DNA of 64,000 bases from a bacterium (GCA_016699105.1 CP064960.1:392727-456726), one strand, 5' to 3'. Counted from the stretch's first letter, positions 52,825 to 63,209 are shown. Numbers and translations are program-made. Notes: generated by a model not told the origin, from the letters alone.

Positions 52825-53304
52825 ATGAACCGGTGGGTGGCAATGGCTAGCGGAGGTATTGGTTTGGCGCTGGCAGCGGCGGTGCTGGCCGAAACTACTT
52901 TTGCTTTGGGTACCGAGTCTGAACTTGGGCGGCATTGGCGATCAAGTGAGAAACAATTGAAGATAGGCCATTGGCAGATCGGTTGGAAAAATGGGATTAC
53001 GCTCGTCACTGAGCCGTCAGTTACTCCCAGTGCGACTCCGGCACCGACGCTGGCGCCAACCCCGACGATTGCCCTGACGGTTACTCCAGTTAAGACGCCG
53101 TCAGTCACACCACGACCCGTGAAGACTGCCCGGACAAACGCTTTTGTGCATGTGCGTGCCGGTGCCTCGACTTCGACAGCTGTGCTACTTGACCTCAATG
53201 GCGGTACTGTCGTTGAACTTCTCGATTATCAAGATACGTCGTGGCAGCAAGTACGTTACGGCAGTGTGACGGGTTACATATTCCGTAGCTACCTGACATA
53301 TTAA
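52825..53304 (+). CDS. secreted protein with a C-terminal bacterial SH3 (SH3b) domain
   Basis: Signal peptide, Thr/Pro-rich linker, then AFVHVRAGASTSTAVLLDLNGGTVVELLDYQDTSWQQVRYGSVTGYIFRSYL. Confidence 0.55.
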   Translation: MNRWVAMASGGIGLALAAAVLAETTFALGTESELGRHWRSSEKQLKIGHWQIGWKNGITLVTEPSVTPSATPAPTLAPTPTIALTVTPVKTPSVTPRPVKTARTNAFVHVRAGASTSTAVLLDLNGGTVVELLDYQDTSWQQVRYGSVTGYIFRSYLTY

Positions 53305-53385
53305 GTTTGTAATTTATACTAATGCTCCACCATGGTCCCTCCCCGCATAATACGGGTTGTTAGTTAAACAAGAGGGAAACAACAG

Positions 53386-53556
53386 TGAGCCAATCAAGAA
53401 TCCGCAAAATTCGGTCTTCGTCAGCTTCACAGCAGGATCTGTACGACGTCTTTTACATGAGTCCAGAGGAAGCCAAGCGGGCACTTGAGCAGAAGTACGA
53501 GTTTCTGGCTGATCGCTACGACCGCCGCTATCCGAAGCACAAAGGCCTCAATTAAT
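53386..53556 (+). CDS. small hypothetical protein (56 aa)
   Basis: GTG start after an aGAGGGa RBS. It is followed by the strong terminator at 53585-53612. Confidence 0.3.
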
Positions 53557-53584
53557 TTTTGCCAATCTGCCACGTTTGCCGCAA

Positions 53585-53612
53585 AAGCACCCCAGACTAG
53601 GGGTGCTTTTTT
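53585..53612 (+). terminator. intrinsic terminator
   Basis: AAGCACCCC-agacta-GGGGTGCTTTTTT. Confidence 0.7.
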
Positions 53613-53650
53613 GATGCCATATATTTGCTAAGCTAATCTGGTTAATATGT

Positions 53651-53726
53651 GCCGATGTAGCTCAGTTGGTAGAGCAGTGCTTTCGTAAAGCAAAGGTCAT
53701 GGGTTCGAATCCCTTCATCGGCTCCA
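53651..53726 (+). tRNA. tRNA-Thr (anticodon CGU)
   Basis: GCCGATGTAGCTCAGTTGGTAGAGCAGTGCTTTCGTAAAGCA...GGTTCGAATCCCTTCATCGGCTCCA. Confidence 0.8.
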
Positions 53727-53729
53727 TTT

Positions 53730-53803
53730 GCGGGTATGGTTTAGTGGTAGAATGCGACCTTCCCAAGGTTGAGATACGGGTTCGATTCCCGTTACCCGCT
53801 CCA
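53730..53803 (+). tRNA. tRNA-Gly (anticodon CCC)
   Basis: GCGGGTATGGTTTAGTGGTAGAATGCGACCTTCCCAAGGTTG...GGTTCGATTCCCGTTACCCGCTCCA. Confidence 0.8.
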
Positions 53804-53942
53804 ATGGCGCCTAAGGTCGCCAGTGCTATAATGAAAACCATGAGTTCTGTATCGCCATTCGTTTCCGCACGGCGGGCGTGGGGCATTTATTGAGCGGGTA
53901 GCTGAGTCCCGTTTTTTTCATGACCTGTTTTCCATTGCCTTA

Positions 53943-54242
53943 TTGTCGGTAACCGCCCTGATATTTGTCGCCAGTCTAGCTTGGCTGGTGTTGCACGTTC
54001 ACCCGACAGATGTACCGGTACCCGTTCGGTACTCGAACTTAACTGGATTTGATACTTTGGGTCCGTGGTATTTTCCATTTGTGTTGCTAGCCGAATGTTT
54101 GGGAGTAGCCATTTTTAATACATTTTTCGCTTATCGTAGTTTTCAGAAGAACCGGATGGTGAGTTTCTTTTTACTGGCCACGTCCGTAGTAGTGGCGGCA
54201 TTTGGTGGTGTAATTGCTGCAGCTTTCGGGAGTGTGCGCTAA
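53943..54242 (+). CDS. small membrane protein
   Basis: 99 aa with 3 hydrophobic segments. It sits immediately upstream of the GT2 gene. Confidence 0.35.
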   Translation: MSVTALIFVASLAWLVLHVHPTDVPVPVRYSNLTGFDTLGPWYFPFVLLAECLGVAIFNTFFAYRSFQKNRMVSFFLLATSVVVAAFGGVIAAAFGSVR

Positions 54243-55923
54243 TGAAATCGGAAACAGTCAGATGGGTAGATGCTCGGTGGTTTACTCGATTACTCGAAAT
54301 GGTGCCAGGTTTAGCTACCTGGTTTACATTAATTGCTCCGATTTTATTGAGCCTACGCTGGCCGGTAGCGGTGGCTTATTTTATCATCGGTTTTGACCTC
54401 TATTGGATGGCCAAGTCGTATCGTATGAGCTATTACCTGGTGCGGGCATATCGCCATATGCGGCAAGCCAGCCTGACTGCTTGGCATGACCGGTTAATTC
54501 AGCTGGCGGACGTAGAAGCGGCTCGCAGTATGGCTCAAATGACGCGGCAAGTAGCGTGGCAACGCTTGAGTAGTTGGCAATGGCGGTGGCAGCAGCTCTT
54601 GCGGACGAATGTTTGGCATAACTATCGCGCGTTGTGCACCGAAGAAGCGCGCCTTACCGTTTTGGCGGCTAGAAAACACGACATACTCGACCCGGCGCAA
54701 ATCTATCATGTCGTGATTATGGCAACTTTCAATGAGTCACTAGACATTTTGGAACCGTCGGTGCGGGCTTTGGCCGAAGCCGACTATCCAACAGATCGCA
54801 TTATCTTTGTGCTGGCTTATGAAGAACGCGGCGGCCAACGAACGGCCGATAACGCCCGCGAGATAATCGAAAAATATGGACATCGTTTTGGGATGGCCAT
54901 GGCTGTGATGCACCCTGATGGCTTACCGGGTGAAGTAATTGGTAAGGGCGCCAACATTACCTTTGCGGGGCGGCAGCTCGCCAAGAGCTTACACCAAAAG
55001 GGATTAACCCCGAGCATGTCATTGTGACAACTTTTGATTCGGACCATCGAGCCAGTCAGCAATATTTCAATTATCTTTCATACGAATATGCGATTGATCC
55101 CGATCGCCGGTACAAGAGTTATCAGCCTATCCCGATGTTTTACAACAATATTTGGGATGTACCGGCAGCGATGCGAGTATTGGCTACGGGCAACTCGTTT
55201 TGGATTCTCATTGAAATGATGCGACCACATCGCTTGCGTAACTTTGCTGCTCACGCCCAAGGGCTGGCAGCTCTAATTGATACTGATTTTTGGAGCGTGA
55301 CGACTATTGTGGAAGACGGCCACCAGTACTGGCGGACGTATTTCCGATATAGTGGTCGCCATGATGTCGTACCTCTATTTACGCCCGTATACCAAGATGC
55401 GGTGATGGCAGAAACGTATATCAAGACGATGAAAGTGCAGTTTTTACAGCTGCGGCGATGGGCTTGGGGTGCTAGTGATTTTGCCTTTGCTATGCGCGAA
55501 TCTATTATCCACCGAGAGATTGCGTGGTCAAATAAACTCCTGCAAATGGGCCGGCTACTCGAAGGTCACTATTCGTGGGCGACATCTTCGCTGATTTTGA
55601 TGTTTACAGCCTGGTTACCGTTGTACTTAAATCAACAGTTTAGCTATACCTCGTTGGCACATAATCTGCCGGTTATAACATCGCGAATTTTGATGGTAGC
55701 CTCAGTGTCTCTGGCATTAACAATTGTCATCAGTATTATCCTGCTGCCAAAACGACCTCAACGCTACGGACTTTGGCGGTCGTTAGGAATGTTGTGGCAA
55801 TGGTTGCTCATGCCGGCGACAGCCATAGTGTTTTCGAGCTTTGCGGCTATTAACGCCCAGACGCGACTGATGTTTGGCCGTTATTTAGAGTTTCATGTGA
55901 CCGAAAAGGTTGTTAAAAAGTGA
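54242..55923 (+). CDS. membrane glycosyltransferase family 2 (processive, cellulose-synthase-like), with a C-run frameshift at 55008-55011
   Basis: N-terminal TMs. VIMATFNES and DxD-like motifs. QLRRWAWG matches QxxRW. C-terminal TMs. The join reads ...KGLTPEHVIVTTFDSDH.... Confidence 0.75.
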
Positions 55924-56969
55924 TGTATTTGTGGGGGTTTGGTCTGGCATTTATGTTGGCTGCCGTTTTGACGCCGGTGGTACGTAGATATGCGCTCGAC
56001 CAGGGCATAGTCGACGAGCCCAGTGGTGGTCGAAAGATACATCGTAAGCCGGTGGCTTATTTGGGTGGAGTGGCTATATTCGTGGCCTTTTTGGTGGCAG
56101 CACTCATTATGGTGCCACCCAGCCGGGAGTTTGGCGCCTTACTGTTGGGCTGTATGATCCTGGTGATAGTGGGGGTGATAGATGACGTGCGGGGATTATC
56201 GGCGGTTACAAAACTAGCTTGGCAATTTGTAGCGGCTGGAGTAGCCCTAGCCGGTGGTATAGGAATCACGGCCATTACTAATCCGTTTGGCGGTGTGATC
56301 GATCTGACCTGGGGCCGGACGCTTATCGATGTGGGAATTGGGCAATTTCATATTATGCCGGTGGCAAATATTTTGAGTTTGGTCTGGATGGTAGCCATGG
56401 CGAATACCATTAATTTTTTGGATGGCCTCGACGGTCTTGCTAGTGGGGTTTCTGGAATTGCGGCAATTGTAATGTTTGTATTGGCGGTTCGTCCAGCAGT
56501 GGACCAACCAGTGGTCGCCATGATTGCAATTCTCGTAGCCGGGGCAGCACTCGGTTTTTTGCCGCACAATTTTTATCCAGCCCGCATATTCATGGGTGAT
56601 AGTGGTGCATATTTTCTGGGTTTGGTGCTAGCTATGCTGGCTGTATATTCTGGAGCCAAATTGGCGACGGCAGCTTTGGTTTTGGGCGTACCCTTGGTAG
56701 ATATGGCCTGGGCAGTGGTGAGACGATTAGCTCATGGCCAGTCGCCGTTTCGCGCTGACCGTAAACATTTACATCACTTATTGTTGGATGCTGGACTGAG
56801 TCAGCGTCAGGCGGTCGCAGTGTTATACGCAATAGTTGGGCTGTTTGGTACGGTAGCTTTAATGGCCGGATCGTTCTTGAAATTGGTGGCGTTTTTGGTA
56901 TTGGTGGGCTTGATGGGGCTGGTAATTTCGGTTCTAATACAACGTCAGCGCTCGGGTGTGGTAAGATAG
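55920..56969 (+). CDS. undecaprenyl-phosphate GlcNAc-1-phosphate transferase (WecA/TagO; MraY-like GT4 family)
   Basis: RKIHRKPVAYLGGVAIF and ANTINFLDGLDGLASG motifs. About 10 TM segments. Confidence 0.75.
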   Translation: MMYLWGFGLAFMLAAVLTPVVRRYALDQGIVDEPSGGRKIHRKPVAYLGGVAIFVAFLVAALIMVPPSREFGALLLGCMILVIVGVIDDVRGLSAVTKLAWQFVAAGVALAGGIGITAITNPFGGVIDLTWGRTLIDVGIGQFHIMPVANILSLVWMVAMANTINFLDGLDGLASGVSGIAAIVMFVLAVRPAVDQPVVAMIAILVAGAALGFLPHNFYPARIFMGDSGAYFLGLVLAMLAVYSGAKLATAALVLGVPLVDMAWAVVRRLAHGQSPFRADRKHLHHLLLDAGLSQRQAVAVLYAIVGLFGTVALMAGSFLKLVAFLVLVGLMGLVISVLIQRQRSGVVR

Positions 56970-56993
56970 AGGGGTAACAGGGGAGTTTTTCCC

Positions 56994-57314
56994 ATGAAAC
57001 CACGGTATCTTCAGGAACTCATCCGGGACTTGCAGGCGTTCTACAAGTGTCCTTCATGTGACACAAGCTACGTGTTTGATGATATCCGATTTTTAGGGGA
57101 GCTCGAAAGTTATTGTTTCATGCAATTGTCCTGCCACAACTGCTCATTGCCGGTACTGGCTACCGTCACCGTGAGCGCACAGGCAGATAAACAAATCCGA
57201 AAAACTGACTTGCGGCATGGTGAAGCGGAGCAGTTTACGGCTAAAGGCGCCATATCGGCCAGCGAGATTGCGGAATTTCACCGCTGGATTTCACGGTCGA
57301 ATCGGTTGTCATAA
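56994..57314 (+). CDS. hypothetical zinc-ribbon protein
   Basis: CPSCDT...CHNCSL tetracysteine motif; 106 aa. Confidence 0.35.
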   Translation: MKPRYLQELIRDLQAFYKCPSCDTSYVFDDIRFLGELESYCFMQLSCHNCSLPVLATVTVSAQADKQIRKTDLRHGEAEQFTAKGAISASEIAEFHRWISRSNRLS

Positions 57315-57344
57315 TATTTTTTTCGAGAATAAGGAGATACATTC

Positions 57345-58022
57345 ATGTCTGACAGTATTGAGTTGGTAGCGCATAAACGACAGGTCCAAGGCAAAGCCGT
57401 CAAATCGGTGCGTGATGCTGGAAATTTACCAGCTGTCGTCTATGGTCGTGGTATTAAAAGCGAGTCAATAGCCGTGGATAGCCGAGAAATGGCGCGAGTC
57501 TATGCGCAAGCCGGTGGAAGCAAATTGATTTCACTCAAAATTGGAACTACTGCACCACGCAATGTTTTAATTCACGACGTTCAGACTGGTAGCCTGCGCG
57601 GTGAACTGCGCCATATAGACTTCTATGCAGTGCGGATGAATGAAAAATTGACCGCTGGTGTGCCGCTCCACTTTATTGGTGAGTCAAACGCGGTGTATCA
57701 AGGTGAAGGTACGTTGGTAAAGCAAATTGAAGAGATTGAAGTCGAGTGTCTTCCAGCCGATCTGCCGGAATCAATCGAAGTTGATATTAGTGTACTGGCT
57801 GATTTCGAAACCACCATCACCTTGGCAGATTTGGACCTACCCAAAGGCGTGGAGCTGGTTGACGATGACGATCTCACCCACTTGGTAGCCAAAGTTGAAC
57901 CGCCACGCTCAGAAGCCGAAATGGCGGAGTTGGAAGAGTCAGTGTCAGAAGAATTACCTGAGACGGTGGCTGAAGACCAAACTGCAGTTAAAGAAGAGAG
58001 CGGTGGGGGAGCAGATCGCTAG
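57345..58022 (+). CDS. rplY: 50S ribosomal protein L25 / general stress protein Ctc
   Basis: AHKRQVQGKAVKSVRDAGNLPAVVYGRG and an acidic C-terminus; 225 aa. Confidence 0.85.
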   Translation: MSDSIELVAHKRQVQGKAVKSVRDAGNLPAVVYGRGIKSESIAVDSREMARVYAQAGGSKLISLKIGTTAPRNVLIHDVQTGSLRGELRHIDFYAVRMNEKLTAGVPLHFIGESNAVYQGEGTLVKQIEEIEVECLPADLPESIEVDISVLADFETTITLADLDLPKGVELVDDDDLTHLVAKVEPPRSEAEMAELEESVSEELPETVAEDQTAVKEESGGGADR

Positions 58023-58043
58023 ATTTAGTCTAGTTACCACGGT

Positions 58044-58613
58044 ATGAAAAAGCACATTGTCACAATTGCGGGTAGGCCTGGTAGCGGTAAATCGGCTACC
58101 GCGAAAGCAGTGGCGAGCATTTTAGGCTTCGAGCATTTTTCGTCCGGCGATCTCCTGCGGAAAATTGGCGAAGAAATGGGACTCGATATTCTCAAAACCA
58201 ATATAACGGCGGAAAAAGATGCCGAGTTGGATCGCCGAGTGGATCAGCGGCTCAAAGATATTGGTTCAGAGCAAGATAACGTAGTCATAGATTCGCGATT
58301 AGCCTGGCACTGGATTCCGACATCGTACAAAGTGTTTCTCGATCTAGATTTAGAGACAGCTGCCAAGCGAATTCTCAAGGGAATTGATGCAGATAGGATG
58401 GAAAGCGAAAGAATTCCCTCGGATCCAGTGCAATATGCGCAGTTGTTGCAAAAGCGACTGGATAGTGAATCGCGTAGATATCAGACTAAATATCAGGTCG
58501 ATGCTTATGATCAATCCAATTTTGATTTGGTTGTAGATACTGCTATCAACGACATTGAGGCAGTGGCAGATTTGGTGATACGCGGCTATCGTGACTGGCT
58601 TAACGCTGAGTAA
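58044..58613 (+). CDS. cmk: cytidylate kinase-like P-loop kinase
   Basis: IVTIAGRPGSGKSATAKAVASILGFEHFSSGDLLR. Confidence 0.6.
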   Translation: MKKHIVTIAGRPGSGKSATAKAVASILGFEHFSSGDLLRKIGEEMGLDILKTNITAEKDAELDRRVDQRLKDIGSEQDNVVIDSRLAWHWIPTSYKVFLDLDLETAAKRILKGIDADRMESERIPSDPVQYAQLLQKRLDSESRRYQTKYQVDAYDQSNFDLVVDTAINDIEAVADLVIRGYRDWLNAE

Positions 58614-58624
58614 ATAACAATCCG

Positions 58625-59220
58625 ATGCGCCATACTGGCATTCTTACTGGTACTTTTGACCCTATCCATAATGGCCATATAGCTATTGCTCGGGCTGCTC
58701 ATGCCAAGTGCTTGTTTGATGAAGTATGGTTTTGGCCAAATCCGGATCCGGCGCACAAATTGGCGACAGCAAGTTATGATGATCGGCTAGCCATGCTCAA
58801 ACTAGCATTGATGGACGAAGTATCGTTGCAAGCGGCTCCGGTAAGCGAAATTAGTTTTCAACGACCCCACACAATAGAAAACTTTCAGGCAGTTTTGCAA
58901 CCGTTTTGTGACCAACGGTTCTCATTTATCGTTGGCATGGATACTCTGGGAAGGCTTGATACCTGGAAAAATTTTGAATCTGTTGTAACTAACACTTCAT
59001 TTATCGTGATTCATCGTCGTGAGTCGATTGACGTGGACATGAACGCACTATTGCAGCGACTCGGGAATCGGGAAAAAAATTGCGAGTAGAATTACTCGAT
59101 GTACCATTGGCGGCAGGCCTGTCTTCGACTAAGCTACGCCAGGCATTAACGATAGGGGAGGCATCAGGTGGGTTGCCTACGAAAGTTGCTGAGTTCGCTC
59201 TTAGGAAATGGTATTTATAA
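58625..59220 (+). CDS. nadD: nicotinate-nucleotide adenylyltransferase, with an A7-run frameshift at 59073-59079
   Basis: GILTGTFDPIHNGHIAIARAA (HxGH). After repair it reads ...REKKLRVELLDVPLAAGLSSTKLRQAL. Confidence 0.8.
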
Positions 59221-59229
59221 ATCAGAATT

Positions 59230-59697
59230 TCAGGCACCGGCTCTCGACTGAGCCAGCGATATTGCCAGTGCCTGAAATTGTTGCAGCTTAGGCGGTGCAG
59301 CAGCTAAGGCTTCTTTGGCTTCAACTTCGGTCTGATGTCTCTTTTCGGTCAGTTTGGCCGATAACCACTTCGATAATCCCCAAGCTTGTTTGATTACGGC
59401 TGTATATCCGGCGGCGATATCATCGCCAACACCATACAATTTCGCTGATTGGAGGTGATGAATGGTGATTTCGGCTTGGCGTCGGGCAGCAGCCAATTCA
59501 TCCAATTTGAGTGTGTAGCTGAAAAATTGATGCGTATTCATGATGTGGTGCGAGACGCCGGCGCTGGCGCGGCGGAGATCGTTGCCCAAGGCATAAAACT
59601 GCTCAGGTGGAAATGCTTTAACGAGTTCATAAATTTGGTCTTCTAGCTCCCTGGCTAATTTGTAGATCCTGAGATCTTCGATTGATGATTGTGACAT
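59230..59697 (-). CDS. four-helix-bundle protein (TIGR02436-like)
   Basis: MSQSSIEDLRIYKLARELEDQIYELVKAFPPEQFYALGNDLRRASAGVSHHI. Confidence 0.6.
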   Translation of the reverse strand: MSQSSIEDLRIYKLARELEDQIYELVKAFPPEQFYALGNDLRRASAGVSHHIMNTHQFFSYTLKLDELAAARRQAEITIHHLQSAKLYGVGDDIAAGYTAVIKQAWGLSKWLSAKLTEKRHQTEVEAKEALAAAPPKLQQFQALAISLAQSRAGA

Positions 59698-60161
59698 GTT
59701 TGAGTACTCCTCATTTAGGTGGTGTAGCTCACCTCATGAGTCTCAAATTACCGAACTTTTACCGAACAGTCAATACCAATCATCTAGTGGAGCTTACAGT
59801 TTGGTCTTCCAGATACTTGTCCTCGGCGTGAAGGCAGCAAAGCGACTTCGAGGGCATCGATGGCGAGTGCAGACACTTGTTCGCGAGATAGACCAGTTTT
59901 GGGGCGGGGAGTGGTTTCGTATGCATCCTGGATTTCAATATCTTGGAAATAGTCGATACTGGGTGCAAGACTGGGAATTTCAGAAAAGAAAAAATCTAAT
60001 CGGTTTGGGTGTTTATTTTGATTCATTAGTTGAATCCCCTCGTGTAAATGCTAATAGTAGCGTTGTCTTCAGGTATGATAGGCTGATCGTTGCAGGTCAA
60101 CTACTGAATATGTTACAAAAACTACAACGCCTAAGAAGTTTTTTTTGTAATAAGTGTTAAG

Positions 60162-61343
60162 CTAGGTTGTCGGCTCGCTGTAAAACATGAGACCCAGTTT
60201 GATCTGCAATGCATCATCAAAATGACGCGGATCGAGGCCGATTAATTTTTCGGTTTTATCTAGCCTGTAAATGAGTGTATTACGGTGGATGTGCAAGTCT
60301 TCGGCGGCATCAGTTAAGTTGAGGCCCTTGCTTAAAAAGCTAGAGACTGTTTTGAATAGTTGCTCATCGCGCATAAGTGGTGCCAGTATTTGATGCGCTA
60401 ATTCAGCTTTGCGTTCAGGCGTGGTAGCCGACAAGGTAATGTACATCCCGACGTCTTTAATGTGATAAACGCGGTTGTGACCCCATATTCGTTGGCCGAC
60501 TGATAATGCCAATTTGGCGTCTTCAAAACTCTTACGTAATCCCGCTAGCTCGGGGTAATATTGGCCAACGCCAATGGTAATGTTTTTACTTGGCCAATAG
60601 CTGGATGCGGTGTGACGGATGAGTTCGGATTGGTCTTTGAGATATTTGATAGTGTTGAGGGTGGTTGGCTGAGTAGCTATGACGCCCTTAACAACTACGA
60701 ATTGGTCTTGTTGCAGGTGACAGACCGTATTGTGGGGTTGGGGCGGAAAGCTAGCCGAGAGGTGCTTGCAGGCAGCACTGGCTGCTTCAGAAAGTTTGAG
60801 ACTCGACTCTTCGGTCGATAAACGCTGATTATCAGATAATATACTATGAGCAAAGCCTTCAATTTCGATGAGTATTACACTAGCTGGGCTTTTCAGGTCG
60901 AGCTTGAGGATGTCGGCTTGGTGATAAGCTTCGGTCGTGTCTTGGCTGGGATTGGTAAGTGTTTCCTGGAGAAAACGCGCCTGGAGCCGTTCGCTTGATT
61001 GCATTTTATCGAGTAAAGCATGCTGATAAATAATTACTTCAGCCAAACCTTGGAGGAGGGCGATTGCTTCTTGCGTAATCGGACCGTGATCGAGCGGAAG
61101 ACCAAAGATGGCGATGGTAGCATCGTCGTACATAAAAGGCCACCATTTCATCGGCCTGCCGGCGAAGTCGCCGGTTTGGGGATGGCCACTTTGGGCGGCG
61201 GCGAGGGCTTCATTAATAGTCACTAATGGAGAATCAGTTGGAGAAAAGGGAATACCTGTTGTGTCAGCTACAACAATATCTCGTTTTAAAACCTGTTGGG
61301 TTTTGTCTGTAATCAAGAGAGCAAGGGTTCGGTTAAGCTGCAT
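60162..61343 (-). CDS. PucR/CdaR-family-like transcriptional regulator (C-terminal HTH)
   Basis: C-terminal ...LHIHRNTLIYRLDKTEKLIGLDPRHFDDALQIKLGLMF. Paralogous to the gene upstream. Confidence 0.6.
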   Translation of the reverse strand: MQLNRTLALLITDKTQQVLKRDIVVADTTGIPFSPTDSPLVTINEALAAAQSGHPQTGDFAGRPMKWWPFMYDDATIAIFGLPLDHGPITQEAIALLQGLAEVIIYQHALLDKMQSSERLQARFLQETLTNPSQDTTEAYHQADILKLDLKSPASVILIEIEGFAHSILSDNQRLSTEESSLKLSEAASAACKHLSASFPPQPHNTVCHLQQDQFVVVKGVIATQPTTLNTIKYLKDQSELIRHTASSYWPSKNITIGVGQYYPELAGLRKSFEDAKLALSVGQRIWGHNRVYHIKDVGMYITLSATTPERKAELAHQILAPLMRDEQLFKTVSSFLSKGLNLTDAAEDLHIHRNTLIYRLDKTEKLIGLDPRHFDDALQIKLGLMFYSEPTT

Positions 61344-62472
61344 GACCTGGTTCCAAGAATCGTGTGTATAATATTGCAAGTCGTATTTGCATAGCATCAT
61401 CAAAGTCGCGAGGATCAAGGTCGAGCGCTTCTTTAATACGGTCGAGACGATATACGAGCGTGTTCCGGTGGATATTCATGGCATCGGCGGTTCGGGTGAG
61501 GGACATATCATAATTAAAGAATGCATTTAGTGTTTCGATAATTTCTTGATTTTGGCCGAGTCGGTCGAGCAAATCTCGGGAAAAGTAGATATTGTTTTCA
61601 TCTATACCCGAGAGGAGTGGGGCGACTACGCCAAAATCATCGATGTGATAGATTTTGTCATAATCCCAGTTGGCTGAACCAAGCTCGATTGCTGATTTTG
61701 CTTCCAAGTAACTTTGTCGCAGTCCGGCTAGGTTTTCATGATAATTGCCGACGCCAATGGTAGCTGGAGCGTTGAGTTCGCCTTTGATGATCCCATAAAA
61801 GGCGTTGAGACTTTTTTTGAACCGATCGACGCTGATGCTAATATCGGATTCAGCTTCGTCGCTAGCCAATAGATCTTTGAGGATACAAAAGGTGTTGCCT
61901 CCCAGGTATGCCACCACATTCAATCGGCTCGATGTATAAAAAGAATCAAGGGCGCGGGTTAGATTGGTTTTATAGCGAGTGAGCCTGATCTCACGGTCGC
62001 TCGTAGGGTCTTGATAGCTGATGGCTAATGATTCGTCATCGATACGGACGATCATGGCTATGCGTGGTCTATCCAGCTCAATATCAAACAGTCTAGCTTC
62101 GGCAGTCAGGAGACCCCAGTCAGGGTCTGGTTCATTGAGGAGATCGTAGACGAACTTATCGAGTCGTTCGTCCTGATGGGGTATTTGTTCGAGGACAAGT
62201 GACTGATGCATGATCAGCTCGGCGATGGATTTGATGAGTGGCGCGATGTCAGCGTGACCAGTCAATTGTTGTTCGAGCACAATATGACCAACGGTATTGC
62301 CGCTATAAGAGAAAGGTATAGCCCAATCTGTAGTAGATAGATCAACAGTTAAATCAGCGAGATGGGGGGTATGAGACAGACTTAGCCCGGCCAAATCTAC
62401 GACCCACAGCTCCTGGTTTATCAGAGAACTGACCTTGGTGCGGATTTTATCGGCAATTTGCTGAGTAAGCAT
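61333..62472 (-). CDS. PucR/CdaR-family-like transcriptional regulator (paralog)
   Basis: C-terminal ...MNIHRNTLVYRLDRIKEALDLDPRDFDDAMQIRLAILY. Confidence 0.6.
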   Translation of the reverse strand: MLTQQIADKIRTKVSSLINQELWVVDLAGLSLSHTPHLADLTVDLSTTDWAIPFSYSGNTVGHIVLEQQLTGHADIAPLIKSIAELIMHQSLVLEQIPHQDERLDKFVYDLLNEPDPDWGLLTAEARLFDIELDRPRIAMIVRIDDESLAISYQDPTSDREIRLTRYKTNLTRALDSFYTSSRLNVVAYLGGNTFCILKDLLASDEAESDISISVDRFKKSLNAFYGIIKGELNAPATIGVGNYHENLAGLRQSYLEAKSAIELGSANWDYDKIYHIDDFGVVAPLLSGIDENNIYFSRDLLDRLGQNQEIIETLNAFFNYDMSLTRTADAMNIHRNTLVYRLDRIKEALDLDPRDFDDAMQIRLAILYTRFLEPGHAA

Positions 62473-62606
62473 AAGCCCATGCCTCTTATGTTGTTATTTT
62501 TCACAACTCGTACGTAGTTACAGCGTAGCTTGGGGCATGGGTATTCAGCAAGCTTAAGCGGGATTGAATTCGATATAAAGAAAACACCACATTATGGTGC
62601 TTACTT

Positions 62607-62683
62607 TGGTGGGCAATACAGGGCTCGAACCTGTGACCTCACGAATGTGAATCGTGCGCTCTAACCAGCTGAGCTAATTGCCC
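62607..62683 (-). tRNA. tRNA-Val (anticodon CAC)
   Basis: Reverse complement GGGCAATTAGCTCAGCTGGTTAGAGCGCACGATTCACATTCGTG...GGTTCGAGCCCTGTATTGCCCACCA. Confidence 0.8.
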
Positions 62684-62771
62684 GGACATGATTTTGACCA
62701 GGCTGGTAACGTGGGAAATTGTATCGCAATTGCGTTTTGGGCGCAAATGCCGTATATTTGTGTCTGAACCT

Positions 62772-62848
62772 GGGTTCTTAGCTCAGTTGGCTAGAGCGCT
62801 TCCTTGACGTGGAAGAGGTCAGAGGTTCGAATCCTCTAGGACCCACCA
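62772..62848 (+). tRNA. tRNA-Val (anticodon GAC)
   Basis: GGGTTCTTAGCTCAGTTGGCTAGAGCGCTTCCTTGACGTGGAAG...GGTTCGAATCCTCTAGGACCCACCA. Confidence 0.85.
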
Positions 62849-62870
62849 GTAATTATTTTAATTTTTTATT

Positions 62871-63209
62871 TTGTTCGAGAAGGAGGGTAGATTTTTGGAA
62901 CATGATGATCCACATGCAGCGCTCGGAGGCGGACTTGAGAGTAACGCACATTGGCTTCGAGAAGACTCAAATCCTGACGAGCTGGTCGTGTCTGCAGATG
63001 CTCATGCCAGTGGAGTGCGTGTAGCTGCGGGATTACCCTCCCTCCAGCCCAGGGTGGTCCAACTGACGGTGAACGACTTAGTTGACCGAAAGCCAGCCAG
63101 TGAGGCTGATCTGGCTCTGGGCAAAGAATTGGCTGAGCGATGGAGAACAGCTGTTGAGCGAAATAGAAAAGCCGATAGTGAGCGCGGCCTTGGTGATATC
63201 GGTAATTAA
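62871..63209 (+). CDS. hypothetical protein
   Basis: 112-aa ORF downstream of tRNA-Val. The only support is that the ORF is open. Confidence 0.2.
   Translation: MFEKEGRFLEHDDPHAALGGGLESNAHWLREDSNPDELVVSADAHASGVRVAAGLPSLQPRVVQLTVNDLVDRKPASEADLALGKELAERWRTAVERNRKADSERGLGDIGN

Noticed and set aside
53662-53893. Two ORFs (74 and 75 aa) on both strands over 53662-53893
   Set aside because: They overlap the tRNA-Thr and tRNA-Gly genes and are spurious.
59696-60160. 154-aa plus-strand ORF between the four-helix-bundle gene and the CdaR-like gene
   Set aside because: Its Trp/Arg-rich odd composition, with both flanking genes on the minus strand, looks non-genic. An 80-aa minus-strand ORF at 59784-60026 is the more plausible coding candidate, but it has no recognisable features.
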